This document shows, one piece after another, positions 25,900-40,086 of a stretch of 64,000 bases of DNA. The translations under genes and the position numbers were made by a program. This stretch comes from Octopus vulgaris (Eukaryota): NCBI GenBank assembly GCA_951406725.2, contig OX597818.1:103540001-103604000 (forward strand), given 5' to 3'. The notes beneath the pieces were generated by a model. That model was not told the origin of the DNA, did no database searches, and was given only the letters and a program-made list of their open reading frames with translations. Position 1 is the stretch's first letter. The number at the start of each line of letters is the position of its first letter.

Positions 25900-27750
25900 T
25901 GACTGAGCATACGAAATGTTCAGTAGGTGGTAGATGGGTGTCTAGTACCTACTAGCTAACAGTTGCATACTGTCCTTCTCTTCTAGATTGTGAAAGCTTA
26001 CCATAACGTTTAATCTAAATACAGTGAAATTTTAAGACTTCATTTTTTTATGGGCATATATGGGTTAGCATTTTGCGGTAATTCTGTAGTTGTAGGAAAG
26101 ATGGACGTCCATGTATTATTGTAAATGTAAACGTTCTATATAGGAGTGAATATACGACGCGGATTCACATTGCTTAATTTTCGTACTTGCGCATTGTTTT
26201 AGAATCCAATGGAGAATGAGTTATCTGTTAGCGATTCATTGTCTCAGCCAATAAATTTATATGTATTGCGGCATTTGCATCTAGGTCTAATGGAATAAAT
26301 TATGTGTTGTAGCGTAATTTTCCCTTAAAATACTCATTACTTTCCGATTATTGTACAGTAATTCATTTTTTCTTAAATAGTTGTTCGGTCTCGGTCTAAA
26401 TATCGCATCACTGCGTAGCTATTTTTAAAATAATAGCCAACATCAGAGATTTGCTTTGCAGTATTTATGTAAACTAAATTTCATGCCTGCTTTCTTAGGG
26501 ATTCTCAGCTCTGTGTATGTGGGCGTTTTTGCTTGTTTATCATAAGCATAACGTTTTATTTGATGCGTGCACTGAATGTTGTTAATTGTCAGTTCCTGAT
26601 ACTACTAACAATATGATTCTCTTAGGAAACATTCTAATTGAAAAATTTTATGGGGAATTTGGTAGATTTGAATTGGTGTTAAAATAGCACCCTTCCTTTC
26701 ACTGCATGTGATATATTGTATGTTTCATACTTTCCAATGTGGAGGCGCGTGGCTTAGTGTTTAGGGTGTCAGCATCATGATCCTAAGATTGTAGTTTCGA
26801 TTCTTGAGGAAAACACTTCATTTCAAGTTGCTCCAGTCCACTCAGCTGGCAAAATGAGTAACGCTGCGATGGACTGGCGTCCTGTCCAGCTGGGGAATAC
26901 ATACGCCATTGAAACTGGAAAACCGGGCCCATGAGCTTAGCTAGGCTTTAAAAGGACGCATTAATTATATATTTATACTTTCCAATACATATTTGGTTTG
27001 TTCACACATCCTATGTATTCAGTTTATATATATTGCACAGCCTATATATTCAGGTAGAAATTTGATTACATGTTTCTTTCATTTACTATTATACAAGCCG
27101 TGGTTATACCTGTTTTACTTTATTCGAAGTATGTTGTAGTTTTTCGTTTCAGGTGAGACTTTAGCAGCTGCAATAATAGTGCTGTTAATGTTTCGAATGA
27201 TATACACAAACTGGCTATTTTTGCGTTAAAATCACGATTGCTTGCGGTCATATTGATATTAAAATGACTTTTTCAGCCAGCAAGCCATTACTGTATCATA
27301 TCATGCTTCTCCAGTCGATGATTAAATAATGCTGTAGGCAATTTCAGCGTACCTATTCTATATTTCTGACATTTCTCCTGAAGCTTTACATTCTCCTATC
27401 TTGTAGCGTATTGGCTGCTGTATTTGTATCCCATCTATTTTCTGTCTCTTCTGCGGCATAATATATTTTAATTCTAATGCTTCAACCAAGAAATAAAAAG
27501 TTATTGTTTTACTAAACTGTTATAAAGTAAGAACCATGGCTATCCATTGCCTTCGAATTTAACTTACCATCTTATTAAAAGGTGAAAATGCTAAACAAAG
27601 CAAATGTGGATGTAATATATCCGTACAGAAACTTGAATTGATCAGTTGGACTTTGTCACATATAACCTACACGTGAGGGTGAACATGAAATAAGACTCTC
27701 GTTTGAAACATTTCCTACAAAAATAGGTGATTTACGTGCATACACCTTAT
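25900..27750 (-). mobile_element. Possible highly decayed Penelope-like RT/GIY-YIG element
   Basis: Only faint motif echoes: MG(T)NTAA.YAT-like at ~27402-27434 (needs frameshifts) and C..TYKFIG-like at ~26248-26285. Frames are broken. Confidence 0.25.
26739..26974 (+). mobile_element. SINE family B (tRNA head + tail type 1) with 12-bp TSD
   Basis: GTGGAGGCGCGTGGCTTAGTG head; tail GAGTAACGCTGCGATGGACTGGCGTCC..AAACCGGGCCCATGAGC shared with 8405 copy. TSD ATACTTTCCAAT at 26727-26738 and 26975-26986. Confidence 0.87.
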
Positions 27751-28674
27751 GAATATAGAATTGACAAAAAGGGCTTTTACAAGAGTTCACCAGGGATTAC
27801 GAAACGTACTGATATCAACAAAGATATATCAAAAATTACAGTCAATACAATACTACGTGAACATTCCCGCATGAAAATCTCAAAGATTACTCGGTTCACA
27901 CCTTTGAAACCCTCAATCGATTATAGCACGATATCCACCTTCCTAACTCCGTTTATAGAACTTACAATGTGTGAAGGTCTATGTCTTTTGTATAATCTTC
28001 AGAATGTAAGAAGACATCTTTAAGATGGACACATTAGGGGAAAGGGGGTGTGCTTTGTTCTACTGTTATTAAGACACAATTCTTCTGCCAACATGAAGCT
28101 GGTTATAAATTATACAAGGAATCAAACCAGAAGCATACACTCACACGCAATAATGAGAACTAAGAAGATTCGTTAAGTCTTTTCTCCTATTAATAACAAT
28201 ATTTTCCCTGTGGTGTAACGTTGATGTACACTACCACTACCTGGGTATTACTTGTGCATCGTTAACGCTATTTATAGTTTAATCCGTACTAAATGTGACA
28301 TTTCCTTGTCCATTAGTTCAGTTTTTCTCGTAATACAGAGACCAGTATCTCATTATAAGTACTTTATTGCTGTCCAACATCTCATTATTTAGTATACACG
28401 TCTTATATCTTATTCATTTTCCTCAACTTATTAAACTGATTCACGTATTAGAAATATATTATTCGCGTGCGTTTCTCACCTAATCAATATACATATACAT
28501 ATATGTGTGTGTGTGTGTGTGTGTGTTCGTGTGTGATTATGTGTGTATAATCGTGTATGAGTGTCTGTGTGTGTGTATAAATATGTGGGTACGTATTAAT
28601 ATGTATATATATGCATGATTGCATACATTTATGTTCATACACATACACATAGACACACACACACGCACACACAC

Positions 28675-28727
<53 letters not shown>

Positions 28728-28870
28728 CAGAAAGAAAGAGAAAAGACAGATATATAAAGAGAGAGAAAGTGGGAGAAAGAAAGGGGAAACTAGACACCAC
28801 ACAAATAAACAAACATACGCACACGCTCACATAAGTATATATATATATATATATATATATATGCATATGG

Positions 28871-28948
<78 letters not shown>

Positions 28949-29934
28949 GATACAAGTTTTGAGTGTATACGTTGCTTTCCTATATTATGAAAGATATGGT
29001 GACATTCTATCATTAAATAACTAGGAAAGAAAAAATCGGAAATTCATTGATCGCGCGTGCAAATCAAAGATGAATTAAAACACTTTGTCAAGATGAAAGA
29101 ATGAAGGAAAGAAGGTAAATTAATTTTGATATAAAATGCACTCAGCAACGCTTCGGTCGATTACTGTAACAAGTAAAATTTAATATCATTACATATCGAA
29201 TTCACCTTCTCGATCTTAATCTTTGCAAAGAATGCTATTTGAGTGCTCTGAATATATATTACTTAATATTTTCTTGTATATGTTTCTTGATTCTGTTTCT
29301 CTGCTTCCGAAACGATTTAAGTTCAAAGAGAATAAACCCATGAAATACCGCCATCTTTTTAAAATGTTATGGTACCGTTACATTCTGAGTTCAAATATCA
29401 TCAACATTGACTTATCCTTTAATCCTTTCGAGGTCGAGAAAATAATGTTTTCTATATTTTTTTAGTTTAATAGTACTATTTGTCTAATTCATAATGTGTT
29501 GTATTTACTTACAACTTTAAAGATATGTACTTACAACTTTAAAGATATGTTGTGTAAGGAACGCAATTAGAAGCGATTTTGGACGTCTTGACGTCTATTA
29601 TTTGCCTTAATAACATTTAAATATTTATGGCTTATCTTTAGCCTCAAATAGTTAGTAAAGTTTCTGAATAATCTTTTATTCCTAGCATGTGAAAATTACC
29701 AATCTTTGAAATGCGCAACTCAAATCACATTGTAGCTCAAAGGCTAACATTTTTCGTGCTCTCTACCAGCTTCTCTCTTCTCCCCTCATTCACTCCCACA
29801 CTCTCCTCTGTCTCTATATGTATATATATACATACTTATGTTTGTGTATATATATATATATACATATATATATATACAGACATATGTACACGCGCACAAA
29901 AGCGTACACACATGTAACATGTATACATATATAG

Positions 29935-30135
29935 TTCAAATTTACAGAAAAACAAAAGACGAAGAAATGTGTGAGAACAACAAACAGGTGTATTAGTTTG
30001 ACACTCGAGCAAGTGAAAAATGTCTTTTTACGTTGCGAGCCTACGCTATTCAATAGAAAGTAACACGGAGAAATAAACAGAGAGAATAAAAGAGACAAAA
30101 AGACTTGTGGAGTCAGCGATCAAGAATTCGCTGTG
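29935..30135 (-). mobile_element. Solo Neptune/Penelope pLTR with decayed hammerhead
   Basis: Homologous to 30735-30925. Minus strand 30024-30060 reads CTTT-CTATTGA-A-TAGC-GTAG-GCTC-GCAA-CG-TA-AAAAG. Confidence 0.65.
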
Positions 30136-30144
30136 ACATATGCG

Positions 30145-30303
30145 CAGGCGTGTCTCTGCAGCTAGAAGCTTGCTTCCTAGAAACACGATTCCGAGTTCAG
30201 TCATGCTGCGTGGCAACTTGGTCAAGTGTTTTCTTCTATAACCTCGGGCCAACCATAGACTTGTGAGAGGATTTGCTAGATAGAAGTTGATAAAAGCACG
30301 TCG
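30145..30303 (+). mobile_element. SINE family A 5' half
   Basis: GCTTGCTTCC..GAGTTCAGTC..CTGCGTGGCAACTTGGTCAAGTG..CTATAACCTCGGGCCAACC. Confidence 0.75.
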
Positions 30304-30330
30304 TATATATATATATTTATATATATACAC

Positions 30331-30533
30331 TCACTTTTCTCTTTAGTCTGTTACTTGTTTCAGTCATTTGACTGCTGCAATGCTGGAGCAAATGGACCCC
30401 ATGATGTATTCTTTGTAAGCCTAGTACTTATTCTATCGGTTTCTTTCGCGAAACTGCTAATTTACGGGGACCTAAACACACTAGCATCGGTTGTCTGGTG
30501 ATTGGGGGGGATGACACAGACACATAAACACAT

Positions 30534-30566
<33 letters not shown>

Positions 30567-30697
30567 CACATATATAACGACGGGCTTCTTTCGGTTTGCG
30601 TCTACCAAATCCACTTACAAGGCTTTGGTCGGCCCGAGGAGGCTGTAGTAGAAGACACTTACCGAAGGTGCCACGCAGTGGGACTGAACCTGGAAAC
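30331..30697 (-). mobile_element. SINE family A, near full length
   Basis: Matches 930-1306 along its length, including the internal microsatellite. Confidence 0.85.
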
Positions 30698-30700
30698 TTG

Positions 30701-30734
<34 letters not shown>

Positions 30735-30736
<2 letters not shown>

Positions 30737-32270
30737 GGGAGAATTCACACAAAAAGACAAAAGACGAAGACAGATGGTGGAGACAACAAACAGATATATT
30801 AGTTTAACGCTCGGGAAGTGAAAAAGTCTTTAACGTTTCGAGCATAAACTCTTCCACTGAAAGGAACACACAAAGATACAAGGAGAGAAAATAAAGAATG
30901 TGTAGTGGTTAACAATCAATCAGGGCTAATGTCAGACAGAGGAATCACACAGGAGAGCTAGGAAGAAGGGGAGATAATAAAGTAGTGGTGATCCCAAACC
31001 GAAAGGTCTCGTGCGTGTGTAGAAGAGAGCAAGTACCTGTGTGTGGAAGGGGGCTGGTGACCTTGACGTGTGCATGTGTGGATTATGGTGAGGTTCTGTG
31101 AGTGGTCAGTGCTAGTGTATGTGTGCTGATGTGAATTGATGGGGTGTTGGGTGGTATGGTGGTGTATCGTGTGATGGTGTGTGGGGTGGTGTGGTGGTTT
31201 TGCGATATGGGGGAGGCGAGATTGGGAAAGCAAAGGTGGGGTGTGGGTTAGGCTGAGGGCGGAGTTAAGGTGGGCTATGTGTCAGTTGGGTGTAAGGAAT
31301 GGGTGGTGTTGGATGGGTCGGATAGGGAATGTGGGGTTGGATTGTGTTGGGATGGGGTTACGAAGGAGGGGTGAGATTGAAGGGAGAGGGGGGGAAGAAG
31401 GTGTGGAGGAGTGAGAGATGAGAGAAGGAGAGGAGTGAAGAGAAGAAGTAGGAGTCGGAGTAAGAGAGGAGAAGTGGTGGGAAGAATTAAGTGTGGGAGG
31501 ATGAGAGGAGAGGGGAGCAGTGTTAGATGAAGAGAGAAGGAGAGCTGAGCCCATGTGGAGTAAAGGAATGAAGAGAGAAGATTAATCCCTGTTCACGTCG
31601 CAAACGGGTGTCCGGATGGCCCTGTGCAAGGACAATCAGAACACAGACAGGTGTTTCAAAGAGCGACCGGTAGAGCGGAAATGGCGCGAAAACGAGGTGT
31701 CATTGCCGAGTGGGATATCTCGGAGGTTTTCCACGAATCGGTCCGCCAAATGGCGTCCCTTTTGTCCGATGTATAGAGAAGAGCAGTGAAAGCAGGACAT
31801 GCAGTAGATGAAATTGGTAGAAGTGCAGATGAAGGAGTCCGTAATATGATAGTGTCGATGATGGTTGCCGGTGAGAAGGGTGGTTTTGGAGGGGCAAGGG
31901 CAAGTGCGGCAGCGTGCGCGGGAGCAGTGGAACGAACCATGTTAGGAACGAGTTTGGGTTAGGCAAGAAACTGTGGACGAAAAGATCAATAGTTTGTGGG
32001 CTCGTTTGAAGTAGGGAAGGGGTCGGTTAGGGAAGATGTGCGAAGTAGAGGGGTCCGACTGGAGAGTCGCTGAAAGTTCGGAGAATGGAGGGGTAGGGTG
32101 GTAGGGTGGTAGGTGAAGGGAAACGGTAGACGGGAGACGGTAGTGTGTGTGCTGTGGGAGAGAGCAGATGCACGGATGCTCTGGTAAGGGCGGCGTGGAT
32201 GGTGATGAGGGAATATTTTATAAGCCTATAAGCGATCACCGCGCAATGACTAAAGAAAATAGTTTAGTAA
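30735..32270 (-). mobile_element. 5'-truncated Penelope-like element (Neptune-type): Cys-rich linker + GIY-YIG endonuclease remnant + pLTR with decayed hammerhead
   Basis: Minus strand ~31716-31849 translates HITDSFICTSTNFIYCMSCFHCSSLYIGQKGRHLADRFVENLRDI, preceded by HCSRARCRTCPC. C/T- and C/A-rich 3' region, then pLTR with GCTC-GAAA-CG-TT at 30828-30863. Confidence 0.85.
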
Positions 32271-32369
32271 TGGGACATATAAGCCCACGACAGAAAAAAA
32301 AGTAGCGTTACTCGTACATGCGTGATTCGAACACACACCTCGCTTTCGCTTGACAACTGAAATTGGTGT

Positions 32370-32520
32370 GTTTACGTACCCCTGATTTAGCGCTGCGGCA
32401 GAAGAGACCAATAGACTAAGCACCAGGCTCACAAAGAATAAGCCGAGAGGTCGATTTCTTCGAAACAAAAAGCGCTTTGCTCCAGCATGCCTACAATCAA
32501 TTGACTGAAGCAGATAAAAG
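32370..32520 (+). mobile_element. SINE family A 3' fragment
   Basis: GAGACCAATAGACTAAGCACCAGGCTCACAAAGAATAAG..GCTCCAGCATG..TGACTGAAGCAGATAAAAG. Confidence 0.7.
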
Positions 32521-34053
32521 TATGTATAACTTGTATTTTGTTTATCTAGGTATCGAACGAGCCGCGTGCATCATATCAAAATTCAACAGATATGTGCATC
32601 TTTATAAAGTCGAGCCGTACGTATACACGTATATATAATCTGATACTTAAAAACTATACTATTAGGCCTAATCATAATTCAATCTTTACACACACATACA
32701 CACACACACGTATGCACATATATTTACATATATATATAAATACATGGTCCTAGTATTTGCAATTACGCATATACATACGTTTGAATAAAAGTTAAGATTT
32801 CTCCGCTTGTTGGTATGTTATTATGCATGTTTGCGCGCATGCACCAAGCTTTTCGTTTCCCCGATGTGTAATCAAAATAACATAACATAGCATAATAGAA
32901 AAAGAAGATATTTCTGAAATCGTATTCCCTATAATCAATCTTTTCTGAGATGCTTCTTATACATATCAGTACATTTTTCTTTGTTTTGTTTAATTTACAT
33001 TGTTTTCTCTTTTATTATCAGATTTTACATCCCGATGCTCAAGTTTTCTGCATATTTATAACTGGAGATATGTTCATATACGAAAACATATGCTGGTCGA
33101 TGATATTTAATAATTTTAGAATATGATGCTAAAATATACCACGTTTGTCTTGATCCATTATTTAAGATTACATATTTTATATATACTGAAAATAAAGGGA
33201 AAATAAGTGTTCAATTGGTCTTCATAATTATAATGATTTCTTACTTTCGAATGAATGCTTATTTTTACCAAGAACAGGAAATTACGAAAATGATGTCCTT
33301 GCCAATGCAATTAGCACCTAACTGCAAAAATATATCCGTTAAAACCAACACAGTGCTCTCTGTTTAAAAAGTTATCTGTAAAATTTCCCTGCCTTTTTTC
33401 TTTTCTTTTTTAATTTCAATCTTACTCGAATTCATTTAATTTGACTTTCAAAATCATTTGTACGCGTTTCTTCCAAAATAACATGACTCCAAAACGAAGA
33501 TTCTTGAATCCATCAATAAATTAATAGACTAAACATAAATTATATCGATGGACGTGATATATGATATTAATATCTGTGTTGCTAATTAACTGAGCTAATC
33601 GTATCACTCAAATTTTTCCTGTATATATAGAACGTACCTGGACTAGGGCATCCGAAGCTGCTAATGGCCTCGTCGTTTTCCCTTTGTTACAAGCAAGTGG
33701 ATATATGTACTGGAAACAGAACATGGAAACGTAACTTAAAAATCTGTTAAATGGTAGAAATTGAACGTGATTTTCTTGTATATTACAGCAATTAGCTTTA
33801 AATACTTACCACGTTTCAAAACGTTGTTTCAGTGTACATGTACAGGATACAGAAATTTTAGAAGTTATTCAAGTGTCATATTCTTCCTTTGAGAAAGGTG
33901 AACGGAATATCAATTGAAACGGTGTCATAAACGCATTAAAGTAATATCACCGTGACTGAGTGGAAAAGACATTTTTTCTGAGCCTCACAAATGCTTTCGC
34001 GTTCTCACAAATTTTAAGAAAATCTCATCTTCCATCGAATCCGTCGTCCAATA

Positions 34054-34482
34054 GTTCATACGGTTTCAGGTTCAGCCCCACTGCGTGACACCTTGGGTAA
34101 GTGTCTTCTACTATAACCTCGGGCCGACCAAAGATTTCTGGCTGGATTTGATAGACGGAAACTGAAAGAAGCCTGTCGTCTATATATATATATATATGTG
34201 TGAGTGTGTCTGAGTAGGTGTGTGAGCGTGTGTGTGTCTGTGAGTGTGGGTGTTTTTGTTTGTGTTTGTCCCCCCAACATAACTTAACAACCGATGCTGG
34301 TTGTCAAGTATTTGTGTTTCTGCTAAACCGATGCCCCGTCACCTAGCGGTTCGGCAACAACGACCGATAGAATAAGAACTAGGCTTACAAAGAATAAATC
34401 CTGGGGTCGATTTGCTCGTCTAAAGGCGGTGCTCCAGCATGGTCGCATTCAAGTGACTGAAACAATTAAAAGAATAAAAAAT
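34054..34482 (+). mobile_element. SINE family A, near full length
   Basis: Reverse complement of the 930-1306 and 30331-30697 copies. Confidence 0.85.
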
Positions 34483-34544
34483 AATAGAAAAGATGATGAT
34501 TGTTGCTGACACTACGGTAACCTATACACCACAAACTATCTCTT

Positions 34545-34690
34545 CTTCGCCAAGCTGACTTCCTATTCACTTGGTTTCAAGTTTTGTCCCAAAGCGTGGC
34601 AACTTGAGCAAATGTTTACTACTATAGCCTCAGGCTGACCGGAAACTTATGAGTGAATTTGCTTCACGGGAACTGAGAGAATGACGTGTT
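34545..34690 (+). mobile_element. Decayed SINE family A head followed by long (TA)n (34706-34841)
   Basis: GCGTGGCAACTTGAGCAAATG..CTACTATAGCCTCAGGCTGACC..GAGTGAATTTG. Confidence 0.6.
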
Positions 34691-34700
34691 GTGTGTGTGC

Positions 34701-34843
<143 letters not shown>

Positions 34844-35021
34844 GTAGATAAAGTTTCGAAAAATATCCAATCAATGGCCAGCATATTGAAAAATATCTTT
34901 AAAGGTTAAATGTATAAACAATTTATAAGAAAGGGCGAATGAAAAAATTTCTAATGCCAAAATATGCCGAAATTGCACGTTGTGTCTATTTTCAGCATAT
35001 GTTGGCCTCACTTATAAATTG

Positions 35022-35070
<49 letters not shown>

Positions 35071-36067
35071 TGTGCATATACACATACATACATAACACAT
35101 ACATACGTAAATATATGTATATACATATATATACATGTGTATGTAATATTGTGTCACTAATGTATGACACCGAAATTAGCTCTACCATGACAAACAGATA
35201 TAAAACAACAGAAAATGTGGTATAGAAAAGGTAGAGGATACTTTTGCATATGACAGATCAACACTTTGCTTTCTCTAGTCTTATCGACTACAACAAACCA
35301 ACAATTTAAACTAATTACATAGAACTACTAAAGGATATTTATTATTGAATAAAATGGAAAAGCTCTTAACAATGAAGAACTTACGGCAATGGCTGCCGAT
35401 GTTGCCAGCTATGTACAGCAGAAAGAAGAAACATAATTTTGAATGTTATGAAAACCTTACTTACCTATCTATCAAAATAATCATTCGACAAGTACATGTT
35501 GAAACATTGGAAAATTATCATATCATTTAAGTGTTTAAATTGGAAGTGAAATTAAAACACCTACCTAATTCTTTGGTCCTTAGTTTTATAACAGTTTCTA
35601 GCTAATTTTTCACAGTGCTTGTAGGAAATTTTCTACGTCATACTTTACACATTGCATGGGACCATATGCTTCATGTTCTGCTAGATGTGATTGAAATATC
35701 AAGCGCAATTTATTTAAAAATCAATTTCAAATGTCATATAGAAATTAAAGTGTTCATTTCCCCACATGTTTTACATTTTATCTCTTCCCAAATCAATCAT
35801 GCAGTAAGATAAGCTTTAAAGAAGCACTTTGCAGCACATCCCATGCATTAGAAGGAGATCTGGTGTTGATTTTACAAATCACAAGTGGCTATAGAGATTT
35901 GCCTGCAGTTCTAATACACAACTATACTTCTGTGTAATATTATGTTAGTAAATATATAAATGTATGCATAGATACACACACAGACACACACACATAAGTA
36001 TATATCTAGTTATATATATATAAATGTGGGTGTGTGTATATATTTGTACTTATGTATGTATGCATGT

Positions 36068-36342
36068 GTGGAGGCACATGGCCTAGTGGTTAGAACAGAA
36101 GACTGGCAGTCGAGGCATCGCAAGTTCGAATCTCAGACCCGGTGATGTGTGTGTGTTTATGAGCGAAACGCCTAAGCTTCTCGCGGCTCCGAGAACTTCT
36201 ACTGACCCTTTCACCACAAATTTCTCTCAACCTGTCCCCCTGCGGCGGTCCTGCGTGCCGTCCAGGTGGGGAACCTATACGCCAAGAAAACCGGGAAACT
36301 GGCCCCAATGTGTCAGACATGGCTCGAGAAGGAACAAACAAC
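36068..36342 (+). mobile_element. SINE family B
   Basis: GTGGAGGCACATGGCCTAGTGGTTAG..AGTTCGAATC head; TTTATGAGCGAAACGCCTAAGCT middle; AAACCGGGAAACTGGCCC tail type 1. Confidence 0.8.
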
Positions 36343-36359
36343 AATGCATACATGTATGC

Positions 36360-36417
<58 letters not shown>

Positions 36418-39400
36418 ATGCAGTATGTATGTATTCATATATGTATGTTTGTATGTATGCATGTGTGTCCATTCATAACTTTCAACAAGCCACAGAAGAC
36501 AGTATTACAGAGATGCTATCGAAACCATGGTTTACGAAATGAATTCCTTGATATACGTATTCTCGACGATGAGATCTGTCTGTTGTATTTTCACCGCAAA
36601 AATGCACTTCAACAATTGATTTTCCCGGTTTAAATAAGTAATGTGTACGGTGATGCTTGTTACAAATTTTTATATAATTTAAAAAATAAAACACAGAAGG
36701 AGCTCACGTTATGCTTTATGTTCTCTTCAGATATAACTTTAATGAATATTAATGACATGTAAGGCACAGTATTTTGTTATGCAGCCATAATGTACTACGA
36801 AATATATTAAAATATTTTGTAAGTCACTAACGTGCTCTACTATGTTAGCAGTGCTGTTACATCAATATTCACCTTATAGCCAGCATAACTGTTCTATAAC
36901 AAAATATGGTGTCCTTACACGTTATGAATATTTACACACCAGGTTCCGGGAATTCGTTTAATATGTAAAATTGTTATATCTAATAACGTTAAACCATCAT
37001 ATATACTGACTATTTAAGGAATGAGTCCGTGGACGATTAATGTTTGGAATGGGTGCTGATGGATAATCGAAACCCCGTCCCCCAAATATGGCATATATGC
37101 CTATTACCCATTTTTCATCTTCGATCTCATTGTTTTGTTTACATCAGGTGACGCGGATACGAAATTCCTATAGAAATTATAGCCAGCGCTATAATTTCTA
37201 GATGAGATCCGTAGAAATGACCTTAAGAACATATTTAATGAAATATCATTAAAAATGAAATAATTAGAAACATAATTTTATAAAGACGTTTTGCTAATTC
37301 CTTGCTGGGAATTTTATATGGCAATTAATACACAGAAAAAAACCCCACTATGTATTTGTTGTGCACACTTTTGGAAGTAAATTATTTGTAATGCATTAGA
37401 ATCGTCTGCTTATTTAGTAGGTGCAACGCAAGACAGGTGATACTAAAGTAAGTCGAATAATGCATGAATATCACTGCTATCTTCGCGTTTTGAGTACCCA
37501 GTAAAGAATGTACTTAATTATACAACGAAGCGATATTCAAATGATTTATGTACTACGAGAGAATCAAATACACCATTTGCAAGATAATTTCGAATGGAAA
37601 GAATGTTATTGCTCTTGCTTGCTCAGTTATAAAGTTTGCATGACGTCATGTAGAGATTATGAATTGATTATAGAATTTTGCTTTTTATAAGGATGGTTCG
37701 AGTAGAATTGAAACAAATCTACTGGACCAAGCTGCCATTTTATGTCAGCAGCACTAGGAATCATTGCAACTGAAAATCAGAAATATGTCTAGAAATGTAA
37801 TAATCAGCTGCCGCGCTCCTACTGATATATTCGAAATAGCAGTTACATACACTTACTTCACAATCTGAGATATTAAAGAAAAAATCCTGTTTGCATCGAA
37901 GGTAAGATACACAAAGAAATACTTCGGCTTGTGAGAAATGTATTGAGTCATAAAATCTGTCAGTTAAGTCTCATAGTAATCCGTACAAGAAACAGAGAAG
38001 CCAAAAGTCCTGCGCATCTCATCCACATTTCACAAAATCAGGAAGGGTACATAGAATAATACAATCCTGAATAAAATATTTCTGAATAAATAACGAAAAA
38101 GAAAAAAAAAAGGATGCATATCAACAACTAAGCAAAATGCAACAATAACAAGATTAACGGGAATATTTCTCCTCATATACAAGATTCGGTATATCAATCA
38201 AATCAACCAACAATCCGTGCTGTAGAAACCTGATATCCAATGTTTATAAAATATATGTTACAGGAGCCTGAAGGTTTATGGGTAAACTTTGTTACAGTTG
38301 CAAGGTTATTAAACATAAATGAATATGGTGAAGGGTATATATGTTTTTGAAGGCTATATATGTTTGAAAACTACATCGGAAAGCCCAGAAAAAATAACGG
38401 GAAGTAAAACTATATAGTGTAAAAGGAAATATATATCCATTCTTTCAAATCTACGCCACTCATGTGTGACGTTGCTAAAACAAAAGTAATAGTTGATATT
38501 GGGAGCAACTAGTCAAATGTTGTACAGCAAATGTACGCATTCCTTAAGTAAAATGATAAGATCTAATGGCTGTATGACTTACAGCTGATTCTAGATTGTA
38601 GAGCAACCACACTGATACTGACACAGAAAAAAACTTGTTAGAATGGTTGAACATAAAAGAGATATGAACGATGTTCTTATGGTGTATGTGTGTAAATGCT
38701 TGAAAGCATTACTATAAGCTAAGGAAAGCCGTCGAATGTAGAGGACCGCTATACCCTTGAGCCCAGGAAACTAACAAATCTCATTAAAAAAATATTCGCA
38801 CTTCTTAACATGGAAGGGTTCATATCTGATAATTGTAGTCCTAATTACCACCCTTCCCTCCTGATTTTAACATGATGATTTAACGGTTTGCCTTATCATG
38901 TATGACTTGGTGCAAAACAATATATCTGATAGAAACGGTAATTGCACTTCGGCCTCGCTATTTCCATAATGCAAAGATTTAAATCGCGCTGACAAGGCTG
39001 AGGTGAGTAATAAACACTTAATAGCAATCTTAGAAAATATTCTTATAGTGTAATTATAGAGAAACTATTTAGCAAAACTGAATTAGATGTCAAAAGAAAA
39101 TAGTAAACCTACATAAGAATAAAAATAAGCTGATCAATATCCTAAGATAAAGAGCTATAACATCAAAATAACTTAGAAACATAGAATCAGGAATATTAAA
39201 GAAAAATAAAGTATATGTAATTATAAATATATAAAATTCACAAAACTGTCAAGAACGGTGAAATAATTATTCTAATAGAAATATAAATAACCCATACGCA
39301 CCAATATCCAGCCATAAGCACAGACAAACATAAAAGCCATGCCAATGCTAGTTTTAAATGTACAGTCTATTTATTTTAAAATATAACAAAGAAATTGTTC

Positions 39401-39715
39401 ACAAAAGTATTTTTTTTTAAATATAGATCATGTGATGAGAAACATGATATCTATTATGAGCGATTTAATTTGGTATAAGTTTCCAAAGAATAATAATCAT
39501 GAAATGTTTCGAGAATGAATGGAGAAGCAGACGCATGAGTGGAGAAGCAGAGAGAGAACGAATGGAGAAGCAGACACGTTGAAATAGAGGCCGATCATAA
39601 TGACCCCATTAGCAAAGAGAGTAATGCATTCTCTATAGAGTAACTTTAATCAAAGAAGACATGTGAGACATACCCAAAACCTGCAATTCCAAAATTTATC
39701 TATAATTACGGTAGT

Positions 39716-40086
39716 CGTAGCACTCTGTCACTTACGACGAAGCGTGTTCCAGTTAAACCGATCAACGGAACAGCTTGCTCGTGAAATTAACGTGTATATT
39801 GCTGAGCAATTCACAGACACGTGTAACCTTAACGTAGATCTCGGGGAGATTCCGCGTGACAAGGCTGGCCCTTTGAAATGCAGTTACAACAGAATCGGAA
39901 AGAAAGAATGAGAAAAAGTTGTAGAGAAAGAGTACAGCAGATTTCGCCACGACTTACTGCCGGAGCCTCGTGGAGCTTTAGGTGTTTTCGCTCAATAAAC
40001 ACTCACAACGCCCGGTCTGGGGATCGAAATCGCGATCCTACGACCGCGAGTCCGCTGCCGTTACTAATGGGCAATTTCGCCTCCAC
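39716..40086 (-). mobile_element. SINE family B (head + middle + tail type 2) with 11-bp TSD
   Basis: Head at ~40015-40086. TSD ATTACGGTAGT at 39705-39715 and 40087-40097. Confidence 0.87.
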
